Shown in pieces: positions 13,690 through 26,736 of a stretch of DNA of 64,000 nt. The notes under the pieces are model-generated. The model was given only the letters and a program-made list of their open reading frames with translations. It ran no database searches and was not told where the DNA came from. Source of the stretch: Nemertoderma westbladi (Eukaryota; Animalia; Xenacoelomorpha); contig JAUCBJ010006658.1 in NCBI GenBank assembly GCA_032718475.1, forward strand, positions 21,738 to 85,737. Direction: 5' to 3'. The position numbers were made by a program, and so were the translations under genes. The first letter of the stretch is position 1. Each line of letters opens with the position of its first letter.

Positions 13690-14075
13690 GAACAAACGTT
13701 TTCTAACTTCTTATAATCGTTTACAAACTACATGTCTATAATCAACTAAACCCAAACGTTAAACTGACGTTGAATTTTAACATCAATTTTTAACGTTATT
13801 TTGAAACGTCTGATATTGGTTAAATTTAATCATGTACAAAAATGACTAAACCCAAACGTTAAATAAATGTTGAATTTTAACATACAGTAGATTTGTAACG
13901 TTATTTTGTAACGTCTGACATTGGTAAAATTCAATCATGTACATAAATCACTAAACCCAAACGTAAAAATTACGTTGGATTTTAACATAGATTTTAACGT
14001 TATTTTGAAACGTCTGACATTGGTTAAATAGAAACATTCTTGTATAGAAAATTTTAATGTACAGTAATTTAGTCA
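13690..14075. repeat. ~105-bp tandem repeat (ACTAAACCCAAACGTTAAA...), paralog about 56800-57190
   Basis: Three or more visible units. Confidence 0.7.
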
Positions 14076-14152
14076 CGTTAATATTTATTACACCAGGTCC
14101 CCCGGAATATACAGTAGTGTTGTAATTCAGTGTCATGCAACTATCACTCAAG

Positions 14153-14750
14153 ATGTACCTTGGGGTCTTACTTTTGTACCTGGGGGGGGGGGGGGGGGGG
14201 TGGTCTTACTTTTTTACCTGGGGGGGGGGGGGCTCTTCCTTTTGTACTAGGGGGTCTTACTTTTGTTCCTGAGGAGTCTTACTTTTGTACTTGGAGGGGT
14301 CATACTTTTGTACCAGGGGGGTCTTACTTTTGTACCAGGAGGGGTCATACTTTTGTACCAGGGGGGTTTTACTTTTCTACCAGGGGGACTTAATTTTGTA
14401 CCTGGGGGTCTTACACTACTTTTGTACCTGGGGTGTCTTACATTTGTTATTTGTACCTGAGGGGGGGGGGGGTCTTACTTTTGTACCAGGGGGGTCTTAC
14501 TTTTGTACCTGGAGGGGTCATACTTTTGTACCTGTGGAGGTCTTACTTTTGTACCTGGAGGGTTCATACTTTTGTACCAGGGGGGGTCTTACTTTTGTAC
14601 CTGGGAGGTCTTACTTTTGTACCTGGAAGGGTCATACATTTGTACCATGGGGGTCTTACTTTTGTACCTGGAGAGGTCTTACTTTCGTACCATGGGGATT
14701 TACTTTTGTACCAGGACGGGGAAGGGGGGGTCTTACTTTTGTGGGGTCTT
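14153..14750. repeat. ~22-bp minisatellite GGGGTCTTACTTTTGTACC(T/A)
   Basis: More than 20 copies with variable G runs. Accounts for the overlapping spurious ORFs. Confidence 0.9.
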
Positions 14751-14989
14751 TGGTCTTAAGGTGTTGGTTATTAGGTCTTTAATTTGTACTCCCATAACAT
14801 AACTACTGTAACTGCAATATTAATTGCATGTTACATGTTCTTCAATATATTATTATGATGTGCAATATTATTGAATTTATAACGATGCAATATTAAATAT
14901 TTTCGTTTTCGAAACATATCTAAAATATCTGCTGTAAATCAATCCTGTCTATCCACAATATTAAAATTCTGCGTTCACTCTTATAACAT

Positions 14990-15620
14990 CTTTAGACGAG
15001 ATAGACCTGAACGCGATGGAGGTGGTATAGTCATATACGTGCATGATAGACTGAACTTCATCGAGCTCGATTCATCGAAGTCCACACAGTCCGAGATGTT
15101 ATTTGGAGAATTATTTCTCCCAGATACCAAGCCTTTGCTTATTGGAGCGGTTCACAGGCCTGAGGCAGACACACTGCTGTTTGAGAACCTAGAAACATGT
15201 CTAGATTTCTCAAGATATAATGAAGTTATTATAATGGGCGACACTAACATTGACATGACTCCTGTTGTAAATTCTAAAACAATGTCACTCAATAAATATC
15301 CATTAACTACCCCCGGTATCGATACTGAGCTAAAGAAACTACTGTCATTCACAGGCTCTCCCATGGAATGAACCAACTCATAATGGAACCAACCCGCGTC
15401 ACATCGAATACGGCAACCATCATCAATCATGTGTTTGTTTCAAACTGCAGCTTGATCAATAACTACGGTGTAGTCAAAGAGAAAATAAGTGATCACTACA
15501 TGGTCTATGCAACTCGTAAAAGAAGGAAACTACTGCCTAGTACACCTATATCCACAAAATGTAGAGCCTACTGTATAAAGCATACTCACAGGAAAAACTT
15601 GTCGCTGAACTACACTAGTT
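14990..15620 (+). pseudogene. LINE apurinic-like endonuclease fragment (CR1/L2-type)
   Basis: RRDR..GGGIVIYV, IGAVHRP, IIMGDTNID, PTRVT and ISDH motifs across frameshifts. Confidence 0.75.
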
Positions 15621-15699
15621 AAATGTGATTCCATAAAACAGATAACGAAGATAAAGAAGAGGGAATTAAACTTTCACAGCAATGGCCCTCTTTACACGC

Positions 15700-16103
15700 T
15701 GGATTTCGATGGCATGATAAATTTTGTGGCTATCAGAATAGTAGTTTTCCGCTAGGTAGGCCTATGTACGGATGTTTAGATACATTTTCGAGGAAAACCC
15801 TATTGTGTAGAGTTATTTATTCCAACTCCAATCCCCATGTTGTTGGGAATTTATATTTTAAGGCCTTCCGGTTTTCGTCCGTTTCGACAGAGGTACGGAA
15901 ACGGGAAAAGCTGCCACATTACATGCAGCTTTATCATCAGAGTTGGTATTTTCGACGATCCAACTGATGGCGTAATTTACGGCCCATCCACAAATAATAA
16001 AATTGAAAGATGGTGGAGAGAATTAACGGAGCGATTGGAGCCTGTTTTCAAGGTGCAACTGAATGATCTATTACGCAGAAACCTCTACGACCACCTCCGA
16101 TAA
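15700..16103 (+). pseudogene. IS3EU-like/integrase-core DDE transposase relic
   Basis: Frameshifted DGHDKFCGYQNSSFPL..YGCLDTFSRK, DRGTETGK and STNNKIERWWREL motifs give D, D and E candidates. Confidence 0.6.
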
Positions 16104-18160
16104 ACTGATTATACATATATTTTAATTAAATTAATTTATAATTATTAGTTTATTAGTATTATATTATATGCGTTAATCCATAGTTCAATACACTGTCCTA
16201 CAGTCGAATAGCGATAATCAATAGTTCAATAAACAGTACTAGATCCAGCATCCATCGGTATCCATCTGTACTAAAACAGCTCTACAGTAATTATGGCAAG
16301 TATGCACCCGAGGGCAGGGTTGGGCGCTACGCTACATCCTATCCCAAGATTTGCTCCCAGTAATTTAACTCATTTTATCGACCCCAGTAGATTGAAAGTC
16401 TGAGTGGACCCTGGCGGGGCTTAACCCAAAAACAATAGAGCTACCCCGCCTAAAACGGAAAAAATTGAGTTAAAACAGATAAACATTGTGTTAAAACAGA
16501 TAAACATTGTGTTAAAACAGATAAACATTGTGTTAAAACAGATAAAACATTGTTTTAAAACGGATAAATATCAAATTAGTAAAAAGAACTAATAATAAAA
16601 CTTTTAATATAAATATCAATTAATTCTATGAGACTCAATGAAATGTGTAACTACCACGGTATCAGGGAGAAAATAGCAGTGAAATCTAGTAACAGGTGGG
16701 ACATGTCCTGCCTCTACCCCATCAAAACACGGTAACAGGTGGGACTTGACTTGTCCCGCCTGTTCCCCTTCAAAACATGGCAATAGGGTGGGACAATTAG
16801 TAACAGGTGGGACTGGGACAGGCTACAGTATAATATCTTGTAATAGGGGAGGTTTGTACGGTGGCTGATCTTTGCTAATTAATTTTTTTTTTCAGAAGTT
16901 CTCCATGACGTCATAATTTATGGTCGACCATAAATTAATTTTTGGTCGACTATAAATTATTTTTTGGTCGACCATAAATTAATTTTTGGTCGACCATAAA
17001 TTATGCCGTCTTGGAGAACTTCTGAAAAAAAAAGTAAAAAAAAAATTAATTAATTGGCAAAGATCATCCACCGTAGGTTTGCCACTATCATAGCTGTAAT
17101 TTTCTAATCACCAGCTTTCAGAAAATATTTAGTTTAATGAGGTTTGGAACAAAAGATTTTTTTGACAAAATTTGGCTAATATTTTGTAGAATGAACCACC
17201 ATATATAGGCCTAACCAGATAGCAGTATTGTAATAGTAGCGAATACCGTATCGGTACATATTGTTACTCTCAGTCTGTCGTGGCACCCATGGGCCATGGT
17301 AACATTTACGTCTACGGGAAAGGCACTCATGGGCAACGTGGAAGAAAAAATTGTATTAACAAAAAATTTTTTATTTTAATTTTGGCCGCACTGGGCCATG
17401 GTTTGGCCCAGTAAGGCCATATTTTTTTTATTATTTATGTATTATATTATAATTTCTTAGAGTAGTCTAGTCTATTTTTGAATGTGTTCAAACTTGGAGT
17501 ACCAAGGTTATTACAGTACACGTGCATCGTGCATTAACAACACTGGCCGGTAAAAGATTCCAAATGTTTACAACGCTGTTTGCGAAGTTGTTGCATTTCC
17601 TTTGAGTCATGCAGTTCGATCTTTTGTACAGCACCAAGGAAGAACCTCATGTTGAGTATTGGTGGAGTTCGGAACGAAACTGGAAGAAATTACTTCGCTC
17701 AATATACAGTAGGCAAATATGAGATTGGTAGTGGCTAAATGTAATTGCTCTTATAATTTTGTTAATTTTCACTCGAATTGGATGAATATGTTTATCGTAG
17801 GTATTGCCCCATAGTATTATTCCGTATAATATGTAGGGTATGTAGTGTAGTCTATCTACTGTCGGTTGCCTAATGTGGGTTGTCGGCTCTCTACTGTCGT
17901 TGGGATGCTCTCGGCGTAACGTTTACACCCCAAAGTTTGGTTTAATTTCATCAATATACAGTATGACGGAGTTATTGGCGATCAAATATTAGACAGTGAC
18001 AGACAACTCGTCACTTCGCTTACTTTGTGCCTCGTCCCACTTGGTTGGAATACTTAGTCGCACATTTTTATCACTAATTGTCCCGAAATTACTTTTAGAT
18101 TAGGTGTAAGAGATCATTTCGACTATAAAATTGTGAAAGTTGAAAAAGTGAAGGAGACTT
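15918..18160 (+). repeat. Segmental duplication unit 2, left arm (paralog of 1-5042 minus insertions)
   Basis: Colinear near-identity seen base by base. Confidence 0.92.
16857..17075. mobile_element. IS3EU-like MITE (unit 2 copy)
   Basis: TACGGTGG...CCACCGTA termini, TSD GGTTTG (16851-16856 and 17076-17081). Confidence 0.75.
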
Positions 18161-18859
18161 TAGACTAGCCTCAGTAAACACCCTAACACTCGGGTCCCCA
18201 ATGCGACAAGGTGAGCTGACAGCCTTGGCAGATAAGCTTTCTCTTATTGCAGTGGGTGTTCAAGAGCACCAAATGCAAACTGGACAGACTGATGAGGTTC
18301 TGATTAAGGACATGGGGGGCGGTTGGCGACTCGACCTCGCTTCAGCAGATGATAGTGGCAATGGTGGAATTGGTCTGTTGATGAATCCAACTGCACATGC
18401 AGCATTGGACAAAATAGACCACATCTCTAACCGCATCATCCGTTGCCACTTCTCATGTTCTGGAAGACTGGCTAAGAAGTTTCCTAAGCTTCTGATTGTG
18501 TGCTACTCTCCTACTAGTGTTGCCCCTGTAGAGGAGGTGGAAAATTTCTACCAGAATCTACAAGCAGCTACTGATGGAGTGGATCAGCATGCATTCTTAA
18601 CATTCCTGGGAGACTTTAATGCAAGTCTGCATCAATCACCTACATCACCCTGGGTCTATAGCAATAGTGTTAACCGAAATCCCGTTCATCTTCAGGATTT
18701 TATCTCTGGAAATGGATTGTTTTCGGCTGGAACCCAGTTCAAGAAGCGAACTGGAAAGCTATGGACTCATAGTGGACCCAGTGGTCACAAGTCCCAGATA
18801 GACCATAACCTGTTTCGTAGGAAATACAGGAGCTCTATACAAGACTGTAATGCATTTAC
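18161..18859 (+). mobile_element. RTE LINE A, 5' part (endonuclease)
   Basis: GVQEH, GGIG, CYSPT, LGDFNA, WTH and QIDH motifs. Left TSD GAAGGAGACTT at 18150-18160. The reading frame resumes at 43860. Confidence 0.88.
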
Positions 18860-19845
18860 TACTACTACTACTACTAGGTCGAGCGAACTCGGACAGTGGA
18901 AATGAGATCCTTCCAGGCTTCCCGATTCTCCATAGTTGTCGCAATTTCGTTTCTCCCAAGTTCAGTATCCCTTTCAAGTTGATCTATATATGTTATGGCA
19001 GGTCGTCCACGACTACGCTTTCCATGAGTTGGTTGCCAGAGAAGTAGATCTGGTATGACCTCGTCTTTACTTCGCCAGCAGTGCCCACTGAATCTTAATC
19101 TGCATTCACTGAGGGTGGTTGATACAGGTGGTATTGTACCATAAAGCTCGGCGTTTGTCATGTGTTGTCTCCAGCTGATGTTTAGGGCTGCCCTTAGTAG
19201 TCTTGTGTAGCAACCATCAATTCGTTGTTCAAGTGATTTAGTCAGTGTCCAGGTCTCACCCCCGTATAAAAATACACTTTCCACTGTGGCTCGAAAGAAC
19301 TTGGTCTTCAGGTGCCTGGAGAGATCTGATTTCCAGATGGTATCCATTTTTGATAGAGCTACCCAAGCCTTTGCTTTCCTAACTTCTATGTCCTTTTTGC
19401 TACTCTCTATCCATGATCCAAGGTACTGGAAGTCATCGACCTTCCTTAGTTGATTATTATCAATGGTTGTCAAGTTTCCATCAACATTAAAGGTCATGAA
19501 TTCGGTCTTGGTAGCATTTATATGCAATCCAACCTCCTTAGCAGCCCTCTCCACTTTATTTAGTAGAAGCTGTGCATCTGCTAGCGTATTAGAGAGCAGG
19601 GCGATGTCATCCGCAAAGTCGGTGTCTGTGACTGTAGTTGCCGGATATCTACTACTTCTGCGTTCTTGAAGTGTGAATCCCAGATCTTCACCCTTTGTGG
19701 CCGTCCTCATTGCGTAATCCAGCACAATTACAAATAGTAATGGTGCTAATGTGTCACCTTTCAGTACGCCAGCCAGGATTGAGAAAAACTCAGTTTCACC
19801 ATCTGATGAGAGTACCTGCGCTTCTGTGTCACAATATATGATGCA
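18860..19845 (-). mobile_element. RTE LINE B, 5'-truncated, antisense inside RTE A
   Basis: Open RT C-half (GDTLAP, DFADD, FQYLGS, GHCWR) followed by a (TAG)n tail at 18860-18876. Confidence 0.9.
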
Positions 19846-20989
19846 TAATGATAAATAGGCATTTTTTAATTTTTTATATTTGCCAAAAATATTATAATAC
19901 TCTATTTGCCATGTCTATTATATGTATATTTAATATCAACTATACATTACGCTCTTTAATATACTTTGATAATGTTTACAATTTTATCATTATTCATTTT
20001 CATCGTCATGAACCAAGGGGGGGGGGGGGGATTTATTTAAAATTACTTAAAATTTATCAGACTACTTTAATGAGCACCGCTCTACACCTTTGCAACATGT
20101 ATTTCAGAAAACATCACATTCAAACATATCAATCATATACAAACAAATTACAAATCGAAATGATATTTACGTAGCTTTCTAATAAGCTATCAAACATTAA
20201 TGTTGGTTTAATAGAACGAGGTTTACATAGGTTTTAATACAAAACATTAACTAAATTGTCCTTCGATTCGAATTTAATTTATAAATAAAAACATGTGAGA
20301 TAGCCAGCCAACCAATCAGAGCCCTAGTATATCCAATGTTATTCCCCATTTATGAGCGGGTTAAATATCATTTATAATAGTGGGCTACCTAAAAAATATC
20401 ACTTTTTGCCCATGGGAAAATATCAGTGATATTCCCGCGTTGCTATGCAACTGCCTATTATCCTACAGTAGGCCTAGCTCTATTAGCAAATCAGATTGTC
20501 AGAACCTACCGGTACCACAACACATTTTTGTATCATTATCCATTGTCCGAAATTGAAAGTACGAGACAAGTACGTTACCCAGCCTGTAGCCAGAGCCAGG
20601 CAGTATTGGGCTGACCAAGCTGCTTGGCATGTTATAGGCTTAGTACCGGTACGGATTCCAGGACCGGTACATGTGTGTGGTTTTGTTTTTTCATCACTTA
20701 ATTGCTGTCCGACTGCCTGAGGGATAAAGCTGCGAAGCTCTGAAGCTGTGGACTGGTAGCGAATAGCGATACAAGTCTGTACAGCAGGCTAGGTAGACCG
20801 TACTGTACATATTTCGTGCTCTGTTCTGTCTTTATATTTAATACGTAAGTTGGACGCGCAGTATGGAAATGAATATTGATTTTTTATTTGAATAATAATA
20901 AAAAAGCTGGCTTTAAATAAAACTTGTTTTTTTAACTACAGTAAACTATTGATTATGGTAATGTAACACGGAAACAGTCTTTATATATA

Positions 20990-21125
20990 GGCCTAACGGA
21001 TATTTATGCGAAACCGGAATGCAAATTTCCCTGGCCACATTCCCGGACTCGAACCCATGTCATCTGGAGTCGGAGACCCGAGTTCAAAGCTCCGCTATAA
21101 TTAAACGGTTAAACCACTACACAAT
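20990..21125 (-). mobile_element. Possible tRNA-derived SINE head
   Basis: B-box GGTTCGAGTCC on the minus strand (about 21044-21056) with an A-box-like TAGTGGTTTAA upstream. No cloverleaf verified. Confidence 0.3.
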
Positions 21126-21348
21126 TAATTCCCTTGATATTAATATGTTTACTATAAATGGTCCCGCATGCACCAGTATGAACTTATACAGTATTTAGTT
21201 ATGCATTATTTAATCATTCTGAATGCACTAATACAATTTAATGATTTAATATATATTGATATATATTTAATCCCCCCAAAATACCAAGCCCCATTTACTT
21301 CACTTGCCCCCAAACAAAACCCTTTTAGAATTGTTAATAATGTGGAAT

Positions 21349-21494
21349 AACACATTTATTGCCCGGTTATCAAGTTATTTTCCCTAATATTTTACCCTCG
21401 GGCAGGAAACCCTCGGGCTGCGCCCTCGGGTTATTCCTACCCTCGGGTAAAATATACGGGAAAATAACTTGATAACCGTGCAATAAGTATTGTT
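21349..21494. repeat. Foldback/hairpin element
   Basis: TTATTGCCCGGTTATCAAGTTATTTTCCC is inverted as GGGAAAATAACTTGATAACCGTGCAATAA, with four internal CCCTCGGG motifs. Confidence 0.75.
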
Positions 21495-22199
21495 AATGAC
21501 TGTCTATGGGGAGGTTACAATGTGTTGTTAGTAGGACAGCTACTACAGTATATCGGGACTGAATGCAAATCAACTTTGAGTTGGATCAGCTAAATTGTGA
21601 TGTAATTGCATATTTACTTGAACTGATTTTATGTTAAATAACTTTATGGGTTTCAAATATTTTGTTATATATAACGATTATGCAAGGATTAATATCAATA
21701 ATTAACTTTTTTTACGAAATCAATTAATTCTTGACTATATTGAATACATTATATTGTGTAAATTATATAAATTATACACAATATAATAAATATGTTTTAA
21801 CACTATCAGTTAATACACTATTACTATTAGCTTGTACTAATAATTATTGATCTATATGTAAAACTGATTTAATAGTTTTGTTTTTATTTCAGACTACCAT
21901 GAAGAAACTCTACACTACTCCGCTAACACTGCACACACTGCATAGAGATTGGTTTCTACCATGTTGAATGGTGTATTTGTGACTCGCGATTGATAATAAT
22001 ATTAATTAGATCTCTGAATGAATTAATTAATTATGGACATAATAAAGGTGATTCAACAATTTATTTACATGAACTGATATTAAGTTATATAACTGTGTTT
22101 CAAATATTTTGTTTATATCTCAGTTGACATTACCAATAATTAATTAACAATTCTTATACAACTGAAATTTTTTTAATTCATGTCAAAGACGCTGTGTTT

Positions 22200-23421
22200 A
22201 AACACCAATATTTGGGCATCAAAATCGGGGCATCCAGTAAACTGTTCTGTATGCCTATTGGTCCGTTCCATCCAAAGTTGTTCCGAATGTCCGTACGCCC
22301 GGGCACTAGAATGCCCAGACATCCAAAAATCGGGGAAAATGTCCGGATTCTCCAAATAACTGTCTGGAATTCGGCTAATCTGGGCGTCCAGTAAACTTTT
22401 CTGTCAGCCTATTTTACTGTTTCAAAGTCGCCCGGACGTCCGCATGTCCGGACGTCCGCATGTCCGGACGTCCGCATGTCCGGACGTCCGGGCAAAAGGA
22501 TGCCCGGATGTCGGGAAATCCGACCAAAATGTCTGTTTTTCCGGACAAACTCTCAAAATGACTTTTCGGAATTCGGCAAATATGGGCGTCCAGTAAACTT
22601 TTCTGTCAGCCTATTTGGCTGTTCCAAATTCGCCCGGATGTCGGGAAATCCGACCAAAATGTCTGTATTTCCGGGCAAAATGTCAAAATGACTGTCCGGA
22701 ATTCGGCAAATCTGGACGTTCAGTAAACTTTTCTGTCAGCCTATATGACTGTTCCAAAGTCGCCCGGACGTCCGGATGTCCGGGCGCAGGGATGCCCGGA
22801 CGTCCGAAAATCAGGCCAAAATGTCTGTATTTCCGGGCAAATTGTCCAAATGACTGTCCGGAATTCGGCAAATCTAGGCGTCCAGTTAACTTTTCTGTCG
22901 GCATATTTGACTGTTCCAATGTCGCCCGGACGTCCGCATGTCCGGACGCCCGTGCAAAAGGATGCCCGGATGTCGGGAAATCCAACCAAAATGTCTGTTT
23001 TTCTGGGCAAACTCTCAAAATGACTTTCCGGAATTCGGCAAATATGGGCGTTCAGTAAACTTTTCTGTCAGCCTATTTGACTGTTCCAAAGTCGCCCGGA
23101 CGTCCGGATGTCCGGGCGCTAGTATGTGCGGATGTCGGGAAATCAGGCCAAAATGTCTGTATTTCCGGGCAAAACGTCAAAATGACTGTCCGGAATTCGG
23201 CAAATCTGGGCGTTCAGTAAACTTTCTGTCTGCTTATTTGACAATTCCAAAGTCGCCCGGACGTCCGGATGACCGGGCGCAAGGATGCCCGGACGTCCGA
23301 TCACAAGCATGCCCGGACTTACGGAAATCCGGCCAAAATGTCTGTATTTCCGGGAAAACTGTCCAAATGACTGTCCGGAATTCGGCAAATCTGGGCTTCC
23401 TGTAAACTCCTCTATGAACCT
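22200..23421. repeat. CCGG-rich ~110-140 bp satellite-like array, left part
   Basis: Recurrent CTATTTGACTGTTCCAAAGTCGCCCGGACGTCCGG...GGAATTCGGCAAATCTGGGCG. Confidence 0.88.
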
Positions 23422-24021
23422 CCCAGTAAAAAATGCACCGGTGTTGAGCTGGCTGAAACGCCTTTTTGGTCACTGGCGATAATTCTATCAAAATGTCCTA
23501 ACCCGACAATAAGGATATACCAGTGTAACTAACCAGTTTTGCACCATTCAGTACCAATTATGCGACATCGTAATACCGGTGATTAGAACCTGTTTTGTTC
23601 TGGAGGACTGGCGCCATTTATTCGCCATTCTAAGTTCAGCTACCCTCAGCGGCGTAACATTGTCGTATTTACACCTAAGTATCACTGTTACAATAGTGGT
23701 AAGACACTGGTGTTTTTACACCAATGTATCGCCATTTTTAATAGTGGTGATGGTGGTATATATATTTAAAAATTACCACCATACAAGCGCCATTTTTTGC
23801 ATTTTGTTTTGTGGGGTAGTCAGTCAATTCAGCAGGATGATGCTGACAATTAGTCTGACTTTCAAAAAAATAGGATGTGATTAACAAACATATTATTTTT
23901 GTAACAACATATATAACACTTTGTAATAACACTTTATAACCCATATAACACATGTACCGGTATAGCATTCCCAGTTTATGCATATGCATGTTTTAATACT
24001 CTGAAACTTGAAACTAAAAAG

Positions 24022-24286
24022 TACGGAGCCCCTAAAGGGACATGAAAAAAAAATTATTATCTCAGGGCCCCGACTTATATAATAACTCGGGCCCTGAGAT
24101 AACCAACCAATCAGTGAGATTAATTATCTCGGGCCCCGACTTATAACTCGGGCCCTGACCCTGAGATAACCAACCAATCAGTGCGTCTTACTGCGTGAGT
24201 TGGTTTTTACTGATTGGTTGGATATCTCAGGAAAGTTAGTAAGTCGGGGCCCGAGATAAGAAAAAAAAAACTTTAGGGGCTCAGTA
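24022..24286. mobile_element. IS3EU-like MITE, second family
   Basis: TIR TACGGAGCCCCTAAAG / CTTTAGGGGCTCAGTA, 6-bp TSD AAAAAG, internal CTCGGGCCC repeats. Confidence 0.7.
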
Positions 24287-25329
24287 AAAAAGACAAAAAT
24301 TGCACGGAAAATACAGAACAAACAAGTCTCTGTTTCAATTCTAGTTGTTATAAATCTAAAAAATAATTATTGGTTACAAATATAAAAAAATTTAACAGAA
24401 TAGATATGTTAAAACCGCCAAAAAAGTAAAATTTAAAAATAGAGGCTGATTACATGGGGAAAAATTTGAACTTTTTATATTATGTATCTTGATACTAATT
24501 AAAACAAAGTTTGAAAGTGAAAATTTTTTCCATGGATTAAAATGAGAGCATAAGCTAGGTTTCAAGGACACCTATGATTAAAAGAATAATATATATTAAA
24601 GATTTCTGAGCCACGCCACACGCTTTTATCAATATGTATATATGTATATACATTTTATTTATTTGAAGTTAAGTAGCGATGTCGTTAAGACTTTCCAATA
24701 TAGATAGATCGTCGCCGTCGTTAGCCATTCGTCGGTTGTCTTTGCCTTCCGCCTCCACAGAAACCAAAGTAGAACACTCGTTAAGAACTGCCTCCAGTGA
24801 ATCTGTAACTAAATAAATACAAATAATATAATACATACAAAAATAATTCAATTAAATCTATTAAATATAGCAATTAAACAGTATTACATCCAAATTTGTC
24901 GTTTATATTTACACAAACCTAGATAAGCCTTGGATGGAGTATGGCAATGATTCGGTGAAGATCGCGAAATTTCGCAAATGTTGTCGCAAAATTTTGTGTT
25001 TACGAATACTAAAGGTGGAGCTTCGCAAACATCGCGATCTTCACTAATGCTCTAGAACATATTTTAAAAAGTAAGAAAATCGAGTGCATGCTGCACTAGT
25101 ATCTTAAAATATTGTATTGTGAAGATGAAATTAGAGAAATTTTTGCGAAGATCGCGACATTTGCAAAACTTCATGATTTTCGCCGAAGAAATATTCAAAA
25201 TCGTTGCCCTAATGCTTCGAAACTACAGTATATGAATAATGCAACTATATATGACGAATTACAATAGGCCTACTAGGTTCAATCCCAGTAATGCATAAAA
25301 TCATGTTTTAGTATAGACAAGTTATTAAT

Positions 25330-26436
25330 CTAACCAGTTGTTTTCCTTTCATCAATAAGAGCCTTGTGTGCTTGTCGTAGTGCATTTTCGAATCCACTCT
25401 CTGTATAGTCCGATCGGATACTATTGCATGTGCGTAGAATTTCGAAAACACCCAACTTCTTATACGACACTTTATTGAATCTACCCGAAATATTACACAA
25501 CTTGGCAAGCGGTCTGCTTACGAGGCGTTTCAGCTGCCTCTTAACTGCATTATTCAACGTATGACCACCAGTGCGGCGTAATGTAGTGGTTAAGTGGGGT
25601 TCTTGAATGATGAGTTGTAATTCCTCTACTGTATTGGCAGGTGGTAATTCACACACAATATTCTCATTTTTAAGATGATTACTGTTTCCATGACTGAGGC
25701 CACTACCGGTACCAATTCTTAATACTGAAGACTGTAAATTTTCAACCATGCCCTCTATCCTCTCAACACGACCTGCCAAGCTTATTAACGAACTCCGATT
25801 CGATTTAGCAAGAGAAAACAAACTTTGCAGAATGTATTTAGAAGAACTGTTGTCACGCTCTTTACCGATTATTTCCTGGTTTGTATTAAGTTTCAATTCG
25901 TTACTAGTGCCAGTGCGAGTGCATTGTGAATTTGGACGATTGCCATTTGTACATTCATCGAATAAATTAGTCGAATTTTGAATTTTCTCCATGTTTGTTT
26001 CATAAGGAGCAATTGGTGCGATAAACATACTGGTACTCTTGGGTTTATCTTGACGTCGTTGAGTTGAGTCTTCATCTCCAGATGATGGCTGGGGGAATCC
26101 AATTTGTGCATATGATGCAAATCTGATACGTTTTCTTTGATTAAGATCGAATGGTTCCACAACACGAGGTAGTGATCTAAAAATTTGTTTGAAATTATAT
26201 TCATCCTGTTTTATTTTGCGGGCCTTTTCTAAAACGCTATTAAATCCTTCATCCATGCGTGAACCATGGGTGATTATCTCGCAAATATATAGTTCATTGT
26301 TATAATTAACTCCATATGTACCGCCATCCAATTTCGGCTCTTCACAGTTATATTCCGGTATATCTGATATGCTAGTACAGAAGAAATCGCCATCATCACG
26401 GCAGTAGACTATAACATCATCAAATTCCGGTAGCAT
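25330..26436 (-). CDS. EnSpm accessory ORF with coiled coil and C-terminal DUF4806/BEN-like domain
   Basis: Intact 368-aa ORF inside the TIRs, same strand as the transposase. LP..TVEEL...GG.TL..AVKR.LKRL....LA...N.SG...K resembles DUF4806 (motif recall). Confidence 0.65.
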   Translation of the reverse strand: MLPEFDDVIVYCRDDGDFFCTSISDIPEYNCEEPKLDGGTYGVNYNNELYICEIITHGSRMDEGFNSVLEKARKIKQDEYNFKQIFRSLPRVVEPFDLNQRKRIRFASYAQIGFPQPSSGDEDSTQRRQDKPKSTSMFIAPIAPYETNMEKIQNSTNLFDECTNGNRPNSQCTRTGTSNELKLNTNQEIIGKERDNSSSKYILQSLFSLAKSNRSSLISLAGRVERIEGMVENLQSSVLRIGTGSGLSHGNSNHLKNENIVCELPPANTVEELQLIIQEPHLTTTLRRTGGHTLNNAVKRQLKRLVSRPLAKLCNISGRFNKVSYKKLGVFEILRTCNSIRSDYTESGFENALRQAHKALIDERKTTG

Positions 26437-26736
26437 TATTTAACAATATTAATAATACTGTGTTTATATGATATATATACAGTATATGAAAAATATGATA
26501 TATAAAATGATATGGTGTATATATGATATGAATACAGAGTTCAAAACCTTACATTTTTTAAAGTTTATGTTTATGAATTACACAACACGGACACATAAAA
26601 GACTTTTGTACCATTATATTCATAAGGCATACATATACATCTCTTAAAGTGAGAATCATCCAAACGGCCATAAAATGGCTTATCTTTCACAAAATATCCC
26701 TCCCCGTAACCAATACTATTGCATGGATAAGTGTAA

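Noticed and set aside
14130-14802. Gly-rich repetitive ORFs
   Set aside because: Product of a 22-bp minisatellite open in several frames.
18201-19725. Endonuclease and RT ORFs as one inverted LINE
   Set aside because: TSD and frame continuity show the endonuclease belongs with 43860-45873. The RT is a separate, diverged RTE.
21030-21125. tRNA gene
   Set aside because: Only a B-box-like motif. I could not build acceptor and anticodon stems, so it is kept as a weak SINE candidate.
22476-23491. Multiple overlapping Cys/Pro/Arg-rich ORFs (also 28173-29476)
   Set aside because: Stop-poor translations of satellite and (ACAAGT)n repeats in several frames on both strands.
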